Positions 35,252 through 64,000 of a DNA stretch of 64,000 nt are shown piece by piece. This DNA is from Callorhinchus milii (Eukaryota): positions 13,826,001-13,890,000 of the forward strand of contig NW_024704755.1 in assembly GCF_018977255.1 (NCBI RefSeq), given 5' to 3'. A model generated the notes under the pieces. The model was not told where the DNA came from, did not search any database, and saw nothing but the letters and a program-made list of their open reading frames with translations. A program made the position numbers and the translations under genes. The first letter of the stretch is position 1; the number at the start of each line of letters is the position of its first letter.

Positions 35252-37359
35252 CTTGTGGTTTCCTGGTATTTACAACAACAACCAACAAAATTACATTGAT
35301 ATAGCGCCTTTCACGGTGGGAGGACGTCCCAAGGCGCTGGACAATCAGTGGTTCAGACCGGAGCAGTGGACGGAAGTCTGCAGGGGAGTAGTGTGGTTTT
35401 GAAATTTTTATAAAACCTTATCTCAATTATGCAACAGAACTTGAGTGCTATATGAAACTGTTGCCTTGGAAAAGGCAATAGTTTCAAACCACCTCTGCTC
35501 ATTATTTTGTCAATGCGCCAACATTGGTGGAAATTATGCGCCATTTCCTGATTTGCCCCACCATTTGGCTTAGACATTCTTATAATACCTGAATCAAGGA
35601 ATGAATGACTTACAAACAGCAGAGCTTCAGTGGCTGATTCCTGAGAGTTATCAGACTCTCCGCAATTCATCTGAACCATTTAATAATTACTTCCCAATTT
35701 AACCTTCTGAAAATCATGATGCAGTACCCACCCTCTTTGTTATAGTTTCAAATAACTTTAATAACCTTTTCCTAAATAAGTTGGCAGCTCTCAAACCTGA
35801 TCCGGGAGGAGAAAAAGGATAGAAATTTCTAATGAAAAGAAAGCACCCTCTCGTGGATGTTCTGCACAAATAGCACAAAATCTAGCATCGGCGTTATGAT
35901 GAAAAAACAATGCGAATCACTTCTGGGAAATGTTTCAACCAAAGCTGCAGCACACCAATAAAGCCTTTGGTTTTTTTAAACTAGAAACGCAGGAGGTTGC
36001 CAATTGTTTTATCTCTAAATAGCTTGACTTTTCATATTGTAGCTTCAGGCTTGTGAACAATGAGTAGTTTGTTGAATATCATTTGAAATAAAGAGGTCTC
36101 CAGTTAATCCTTAACTGCACCCACCCACAGACTTGAAAGTTCAAATAGCATCCATAAACCCCTTGGAGCTCTTCTATGATTTACGCCGTTCCCCCGAAAC
36201 ATGCAGTCAAATTTCAGGTCACTGTGAAACTGTACAAAGAAATGACCTCATCAACAATCAGCACTGGCAAAAAACGTCAGAGAGTGGGCAAGTAGCCAAC
36301 ATTACCTGTTAGTGTCCTTTGCGAACAAACACGTTGAACTCCAATCAGCAGCTCACCATTCCACACTTATTACGTGTGCGGTGGGGAGTACAATCTCTTT
36401 GCGTAGCTCGAGAGCAATCAGGAACATAAGAGGCTTCCACCTACAATGCCAGTTAATTTGGCTGATTAATGAGAAAAATAATCACAAAATGTGAGGCTGA
36501 GTCACAGATCTTATGTCAATGAGACATGAAGAGAGGCCACAGAAGCTAAACCCTCTTCACAATGTGAAAAAAATCTTTTTAAGGAGGGAGAGAGAAACAA
36601 TTCAAAAATGTTTTAATTGTGGAGGGAATCAGTAAGAAAAAACGGACGGGGAGAGAGTCTATTTGAAAGATTAAAAGAATGGTGCGTGTGTATAATAAAG
36701 AGCTCGAGCCTGTCATACAATTTGCTTTATTGAGAAAAAGAAAATAACCAAAGCATTACAGTCTATCAAAGTGTTCCTTTTGCACAATACGAGTTGCGTG
36801 CATTTCTCTCACGATTGAGGAAGGTTAGCAAGCCAGACAAAGCTGATCTTACACTCTGAGATGTACAGCAAGAGCAGTTCTAGACAGGCAATATCTGTTT
36901 TCACAAACAAAGTGGCCACACACCTGCACGATTGCAAGGCCACCATGTTAGTGTACAGTTCATTCCCTGAACAAGGGATATCACTTACAGGCTATACACA
37001 TCCTATGAGGTTCACGAGAGAAGTTTGGATGAAGAAGGTCCTTCGCTCATTTACAGGCTTGGCTGGGAATCTCACAGAGGTCTCTATTATCTACAGCTAT
37101 GAGGCTGTTGAGATGCTCTACAAGGTTGGGAATATCAGTTCTGTTGCAAAATTTAAGAAACATGCAAAAAACATTTCTCAGGAGTGATTAGCTGACACTT
37201 GGTGTTGGGTCTGTTCAAGACCTACCACCACCTGCCAAGTCCCCATTTATGGGACTTGGTTTCACTGGAATAGACAAACTCCTACAGTAAAAGCTGAGAC
37301 AACCTCCACCGGCTGTCAAGCAACCAGCTCCCAAGTCGTCAGCAAACCATTCAGATTTC

Positions 37360-40300
37360 TCAAGGTTGATTACTTGGCTGCTGAGGTCCATCAGCTCTGG
37401 TAACTCTGTGCATTTGTAACTGAGCCCATCTGTTTTCCATTTCTAACTGAGCTTGCAGTAAGAGATATGCTCGAATGTTTTTCTCTCTTTTCTTGTAAAC
37501 TTTATTGCCCAATACCTTTTGGCGTTCAGCTATAGAACAGCCCTGTAAACCTCTTGTGTGATTTCCATTCAAGCCAAGGCACCGAAAACAGAATGTATAA
37601 TTGCAGTTGGGGCAGTCAATATTGCTGCAGCCTTCTAGGCAGTGTTGTGTTAACGCCTCACAGTTAGGGCAGGCTCGCACTTTTGGGCACCCGTGCACAA
37701 CAGTATTCTGTACGTTGATCGTGGGACAGCCTTGGAGCAGGGCTGTAAACGTGCAGGCACCATTACCGCATGAGTTGCTCTGCACATCAGGATTCCTCCA
37801 TTCCCTCAGGCAGTCAAAGCAAAACACAAAGACTTTCTTTTTTGTCTCAGAGCACGGCAGACACTCCGCAGACAGCTTCTCCAGGTCCACTCTCTGTACA
37901 TACAGACCACATTCTGGACACTGAGGACAAAGCATACCATTAGTCACACTATTGTCCCCTTCGGTTGAGCGCAATATTGATTCCTCAACAATTCCCTGCA
38001 GCTTTGGAGAATTCAGGCTCCCTAGCTACCTTGAAGGCAATCATTTTGTGCACAACAAGTTCCCACAAGTGACCATGAGGAAAGCTATTCAACAAGTTAT
38101 CCAGTAAATAGCTGGGCTTTCCAGACCAAGAAGCTACCATGTTCATTCCTCGCCCTGTGCTGCAATCCAATCTCAATCAAGACGGCATTGAAGAGAACTA
38201 CAGTCTGTCTCAGAATCCTGGATTCAAATAAGGGAGATTGGCTGCTAGGTTTTGCCCACAAAATACAGTCAATTCACTTTGCAGTGTATCATGTGAAGCA
38301 CTTTGAGGCATCTCAACAACATGATAAGGCACTATGTGCAAGGATTATTATTATGATGGTCAATCGAAATTCACTCTGCTGATTCCTTTTGGGACAGCAT
38401 TTGTAGATAATAATAATCCTTGCATTTCATATAGTGCCTGATCACATCTTCGAGATGTCTCAAAGCACTTCACAGAATATACTGTAAAGTGAATTAACTG
38501 TATATTTTTGGGGCAAAAAGCAGCAGCCAATTGGACACAGCAATGTCCACAAACAGTCATGGACTGACTGATCAAATTATTATTATAATTATTTTTGGAA
38601 TAAATTATTACTCCCGGAAAAGCGATCCAACAATCGTCTAACAACCGGGTTCCTACTTATTGCTTGGTAAACAGAGGCGTGTGGAGTAAGGAAACTTGCC
38701 CAACGTTTCACCCTGCCAGAAATCAAACCAGGTCTCTCGCTTGCGAGGTGAGTGTTCTAATCACTGAGCTACAGGAATCCAAGGACTAGAGATAGCATGA
38801 AGACATGGATTACACTCGGCTGCAATTCTGTGATTATTCAAACAGAAGGCAGTTTCTCCCAATGATTTGGACAATCTTCCAGATAACAGTGCTCATTTGT
38901 TGCACCTTGATGTGTGTGCACAATCTTGTGTTTTGTCTACAAATAGATTTGTCTGCAATAATCTGTGAAACTTCAAAACATTCACAAGGGCTGCGTATCA
39001 ATTGCAAGGATTAACTTGAGTGAGGTACAAGAAGTAAAACGGATTATCAGCCGAACAGATCAACATCTGTCACTTCATTTTCACTGGCTATTTGATGAGG
39101 ATGTGAATACAAGATAATTGATTATATTCAAGCAGCATGAGGTGGACAGACCTGTGGCAGGTAAGTAGAGAGACAGAGAGATGCACACACAAACCGAGGC
39201 AATCAGAGAGACAGAGAGCAAGAGAGATACACACATAGAATCCACCATAGTCCAGTCCGAATGTAAAAATATGGTAATATCAAAAGCAAATATCAGGAAA
39301 CAGCCTGTTTGACTAGAGTCAGTTAGAAGGCTCAAAGAGCTGCCGACCTCAGATAACAAGCTGGTGCATTCTCAGATAACCCTGCTAGGAACAACCCATC
39401 ATTGTGAGAAGCAAGTAGTCTCAAGGTCTGGGAAAGAAAGGTGCGTAGAGATTAGGGAGACCGGGGGAAGATGGCCACGGGAACAGGAAAGAATGCTAGA
39501 ATGCAAGGGATACCATCTCCAATGGGTACAGGCCAATTAAAGGCAGCTACAGGAGAGAGATAAGGGAAGACAAGGGTTGGGGCATTTACAATGGGCCACA
39601 TTGTTTTTGGTTAATTAAATCAAAGAAACGAGCTAAGATAAAACAACACTATACAGGAATGATGAGCTAAAGCCATTCCTGATAAGAGTGTGATCACATT
39701 AAAGGGCACAAATCAAGAGTTAGGAAGTACAGGACACTGACCAGGAAAGATCTGGTTATTGGCCAGACACTGCTAGAGAGGTATAAGTATAGGAGTGAAA
39801 TAGTCAAGAGAGAACGAGACTCAGCGGAGGTAGACAGGGGAACAGCCCTGCAGTCACTCGAACGAGACGACACTCTGTAGCAGGTTGAGCTGCAGAGACG
39901 TTGGGAGGAACCATCCCGCTTGTGTCTTGAGCCGATCCGCTGATCAGTTCAAGAGACAGTATCTTACGATACTGGAGCAGGAGAAATGGGACAGAGGGCA
40001 GAGGAACGCGATTGAGAACCAGAGAAAAGAGGAGAAAGTGGACAGAGGGCAGAGGAACTCAATTGAGATCCATAAAAAAGGGAACGGCATAGATCACCCG
40101 GCAATTTGAATTTGGCAATTCCAATGTAACGGAATTGTTACAGGAATCCAAGGACTAGAGATAGCATGAAGACATGGATTACACTCGGCTGCAATTCTGT
40201 GATTATTCAAACAGAAGGCAGTTTCTCCCAATGATTTGGACAATCTTGCATCCTGAACTTTACCTTTTTGAAAGATTCATCCGCTTGTGTTGTTATCCTG

Positions 40301-42207
40301 CTGATTATCTCCTCACAGGAGCTCCGCTCTTCCTGCGTTAGGCAGGCCAGTGCACATACCTCCTGCCAGAGCCAAACTTTACAGCACTTTGGGCATTTAA
40401 ACACCAAGTGACCTGCAGAGAATTATCAAGTGTTAAAACCACAGTAAAGACTACACGACCACAGGCTACATTCTTCCATTTAATATCCAGATGAGTAATT
40501 GGCTGCAATGTAACACAGCGTTAAGATAGTTTCTGCCATATATCTATTAATTTCAGCTTCAGAGAATGAAGTTGTGCCAGAGATGGCGTTCAATTCTGTT
40601 TCCTCTCCTTTGTGGTCCAGTGAGAGAACGGAAAGGAACACTGTTCAAAGATAGGCAGATCCCAGCGTCAGTACCTCAAGTCAAAATGCAAACCTAGTGA
40701 TCAATAGCTTTATTGAACCATCGGTGAGTTGTTTTCTCCTCTTACCGTGTGAACTGCTCGGTCACCACTTGTCAACTGATGAGTGGAGTCTCACATCTCA
40801 TGACTCTTTGGTACACGTTTTTGAGAGGTTATTGGGAGAGACCCTCCTCACAATTAAGACCAGATATGAGATTTAATTAATCAGCGAGTAAAACCCACAA
40901 AGCTTAAATAATTCTGGTGCACCCTGACCTCACCTCATTCAGAACCGCCTCACACCATTTGTTCAGGCCCTTGGACTCCACCAAATGGCCACATGATGCT
41001 GTACACAAACGACCCCCTGCAAAACAGAACAGAAGCAACCACGAGTCATGAGGCGCAACTCAAAGTACTGTCAATCTCAAAACTGCACTCTCCACAAATC
41101 AGTTGGAAGCTACTTAACTGAAGAGTTCATGGAGAAAGGCAAATCCCTCAGGATTATCAGAAGATCGTTATATCAGGGCATTCACTATAGTAAGGTTTGG
41201 CTGTCAAACTGGTGCAAAGGTCAGGCATTGCCTTTGGGATTGTTAAAAACAGGGGTTTGTTTATAAGCAACAACAACAACAACAACAAGATTCCATTTAT
41301 AAAGCGCCTTTCACGTCAGGAGGACGTCCCAAGGCGCTGCACAGTTGGGTCATGACCCGAGCAGGGGGGAAATGGTCAGGGTGAGGGGAGGGAAGGGAGG
41401 GAGCGAGGAGGGGGGAAATGGTCAGGGTGAGGGGAGGGAAGGGAGGGAGCGAGGAGGGGAAGAGAGTCGAGAGGGGAGCTGAAGGCACGGTCAAAGAGAA
41501 AGCAGAGTTCATTACAGTCAGGTTCAACCGTACGTGACTTTCTACACCCCCTACTCACCTCTCTTTACTTCAGCTCACTGAGACCAATTGTAGTACTCAA
41601 GTATCTCAGTTCTAACTCAAGCCCATACCAGGAATTGAGTTTGGCACAGTTTAAACAATAGCTTTTATGTGCAGAGCCATAAATGGAGAGGCTGCTGTCG
41701 CCATTCTCTTTCAGTTCCATTTTGATTCAGTTCCTCAGAACAAACTTTCAGATTGAAACAAGATTTAAAATGAAGACAAAGGCTGTTTTTACATTGCACC
41801 CTGATGCCATCCTGATACATACGCAGCTTGATGCCACCTAATCACCAATAGATGGATTGGTAATTAGGTGGCATCCATCTCACTTTCCTACTAACACTCA
41901 ATCATAATGATTCCGAGACTGATGAGCCTCGACTCATCACCCGCTTCTCCTTAGAAAAAGACTTCTGAGGCCTTTTGCCTGGATTCCTTCCTCTGCTTCT
42001 TTGACAGTAATTGGTTCAACCACTGTTGATTTAAACATGTTCAGAATGATACTCTACCAACATCACAAGAGCCATTATTAAATAAAGGCCTTACAGTACC
42101 TATGAATAGCAATACATTCTGAAAAATAGCTTTTTACCTGTTCCCTTATAAGCTTTGGTAAGAAACTGAAACCTTCTACTGGTCGCCTCGTAAGCAATGA
42201 TTTCCAT
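37360..42207 (-). pseudogene. RBR-type E3 ligase, copy 2; 1-nt frameshift at the start of exon 3 (probable pseudogene or assembly error)
   Basis: Exons 42138-42207, 40934-40998, 40264-40412 (149 nt versus 150 in copy 1: cag|GTCAC versus cag|GGTCAC) and 37360-37920 (earlier TGA, altered tail). Confidence 0.7.
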
Positions 42208-42305
42208 CTTGTTATCACACTGCCGAGGAGTCGAAATGCAGACTGTCTTTAACAAAGAGTATCCATAGATCTGACTTTCAGCGCCTACTCTCCCTGAACT
42301 AGTTC

Positions 42306-42324
42306 TTTCTCTTTCACTTTCACT
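42306..42324 (-). promoter_or_regulatory. ISRE/IRF-E element upstream of RBR copy 2
   Basis: Same AGTGAAAGTGAAAGAGAAA motif as in copy 1. Confidence 0.6.
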
Positions 42325-42952
42325 CTTGTGGTTTCCTGGTATTTACAACAACAACCAACAAAATTACATTGATATAGCGCCTTTCACGGTGGGAGGACGT
42401 CCCAAGGCGCTGGACAATCAGTGGTTCAGACCGGAGCAGTGGACGGAAGTCTGCAGGGGAGTAGTGTGGTTTTGAAATTTTTATAAAACCTTATCTCAAT
42501 TATGCAACAGAACTTGAGTGCTATATGAAACTTGCCTTGGAAAAGGCAATAATTTCAAACCACCTCTGCTCATTATTTTGTCAATGCGCCAACATTGGTG
42601 GAAATTATGCGCCATTTCCTGATTTGCCCCACCATTTGGCTTAGACATTCTTATAATACCTGAATCAAGGAATGAATGACTTACAAACAGCAGAGCTTCA
42701 GTGGCTGAATCCTGAGAGTTATCAGACTCTCCGCAATTCATCTGAACCATTTAATAATTACTTCCCAATTTAACCTTCTGAAAATCATGATGCAGTACCC
42801 ACCCTCTTTGTTATAGTTTCAAATAACTTTAATAACCTTTTCCTAAATAAGTTGGCAGCTCTCAAACCTGATCCGGGAGGAGAAAAAGGATAGAAATTTC
42901 TAATGAAAAGAAAGCACCCTCTCGTGGATGTTCTGCACAAATAGCACAAAAT

Positions 42953-43220
42953 TCCAGGCAGAGGGTGAAACCTTGGGCAAGTTTCCTTACTCCACACGCC
43001 TAATAATAATCCCTCCAAAACTAAAAACAATAATTAAATTGGTCATTTTCAATCTACGACTGTTTGTGGGACATTGCTGTGCGCAATTGGCTGCCGCGTT
43101 CGCCCACAAATATACAGTCAATTCACTTTACAGTGTGTTCTGTGAAGCGCTTTGGGACGTCCTCCCGACGTGAAAAGCGCTATATCAAATGCAAGGATTA
43201 TTATTATTATTATTATTATT
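42953..43220 (+). mobile_element. 5'-truncated young SINE present only in duplication unit 2; AAAAT target duplication
   Basis: Unit 1 has the empty site gcacAAAATctagc at ~35876-35885; unit 2 has AAAAT-SINE-(TTA)n-AAAAT. Confidence 0.92.
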
Positions 43221-43814
43221 AAAATCTAGCATCGGCGTTATGATGAAAAAACAATGCGAATCACTTCTGGGAAATGTTTCAACCAAAGCTGCAGCACACC
43301 AATAAAGCCTTTGGTTTTTTTAAACTAGAAACGCAGGAGGTTGCCAATTGTTTCATCTCTTAATAGCTTGACTTTTCATATTGTAGCTTCAGGCTTGTGA
43401 ACAATGAGTAGTTTGTTGAATATCATTTGAAATAAAGAGGTCTCCAGTTAATCCGTTAACTGCACCCACCCACAAACCTGAAAGTTCAAATAGCATCCAT
43501 AAACCCCTTGGAGCTCTTCTATGATTTACGCCATTCCCCCGAAACATACGATCAAATTTCAGGTCACTGTGAAACTGTACAAAGAAATGACCTCATCAAC
43601 AATCAGCACTGGCAAAAAACGTCAGAGAGTGGGCAAGTAGCCAACATTACCTGTTAGTGCCCTTTGCGAACAAACACAATGAACTCCAATCAGCAGCTCA
43701 CCATTCCACACTTATTACGTGTGCGGTGGGGAGTACAATTTCTTTGCGTAGCTCGAGAGCAATCAGGAACATAAGAGGCTTCCACCCATACAATGCATTT
43801 GCAGAGCCTGTAAA

Positions 43815-43820
43815 TTTATT
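43815..43820 (-). terminator. Candidate MBTPS1 polyadenylation signal
   Basis: AATAAA on the minus strand 600 nt after the stop codon. Confidence 0.45.
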
Positions 43821-44419
43821 CCACCGACAATGGTGAAAGTACGTCGTTGAACTGCCATCTTAAATATTTACAGAATGTTATGGTATTTCCATTTTATAAA
43901 AATAAGTCAATTCAAGCACAGAGCCCCACATCCCCCTCCCCGCCTCAACAGGGTGCACTTTCCCCTCAGTCCATCATTCTTGCCAGATCACACCGTCATT
44001 CATTTGTTGAAAGTCCGCAATTCAATCTTTGCATAAACCATGGTTGGATCGTGGAATTCATATTACAAAATACATTTGAAACAATAATCGCTCCCATCAG
44101 GAATGAACGTCCTACATGATTACACATGAAATAAAACCAAGAAATGAAGAAAGAGTTTCCCAGTATCCACTGACTGAGTGGGTTTGGAACAGTTCCCAGG
44201 GAAATATAAATAGTTATCAACCAAATGCAACGTCTTTGGTAAGTGTGATTGCTTCAAAAGGTCTCCTCCATTCGGCCAATGGTATTTGCGTGTCTGCTCT
44301 TTTGACACGAGCCGTGCTATCAGCCACCTTCACTGGGTATCATTTGCAAAAGAAACCTGTGGCCATTGGAGCAGCCCACAGCACAACTCTCTGTGTCCTT
44401 GCGAATGTGGCTGGTGTTG

Positions 44420-63909
<19,490 letters not shown>

Positions 63910-64000
63910 CTAAGTGAGACCCAGATGTTCATCAATCAGAGTGACCCCATCTTCTAAAGATATTCAAGCTTTCAGAAGAGATCAAATCCTGTTCAGAACA

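Larger units (their letters stand above)
29372..36442. repeat. Tandem segmental duplication, unit 1 (7071 bp)
   Basis: Near-identical to 36443-43796 over its whole length; begins with ACAATGC. Confidence 0.95.
36443..43796. repeat. Tandem segmental duplication, unit 2 (~7.35 kb including a private SINE)
   Basis: Near-identical to unit 1; begins and ends with ACAATGC. Confidence 0.95.

Overview
Vertebrate genomic DNA, most likely a cartilaginous fish. This is inferred from the CR1 and L2 LINEs, tRNA-headed SINEs with L2-type tails, and a SacSINE1/Deu-type SINE; the compact introns hint at a chimaera. Four kinds of spliced protein-coding gene were reconstructed by hand from GT-AG boundaries and codon phase. 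(1) An adhesion GPCR of the ADGRG1/3/5 group, closest to ADGRG3, on the minus strand, with GAIN, GPS and TM1-TM3 exons at 1-5454. (2) A complete 333-aa non-rearranging immune receptor on the plus strand at 14787-23114: leader, germline-joined VJ domain, C1 domain, uncharged TM and a two-tyrosine ITIM-like tail (PRARP/VJC1-like architecture). (3) Two tandem copies of a 4-exon RBR-type (RING1-IBR-RING2-like) E3 ligase gene inside a ~7.1-kb head-to-tail duplication at 29372-43796. Each copy has a triple-GAAA ISRE/IRF site just upstream of its ATG. Copy 2 has a 1-nt frameshift, a diverged C-terminus and a private SINE. (4) The last 12 coding exons of MBTPS1 (site-1 protease) on the minus strand at 44420-63814, with a decayed duplicate of one exon in an intron. 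The remainder is mostly retroelements, including a near-intact 3.7-kb L2. No database search was run; family names come from motif recognition and coordinates were counted by hand.
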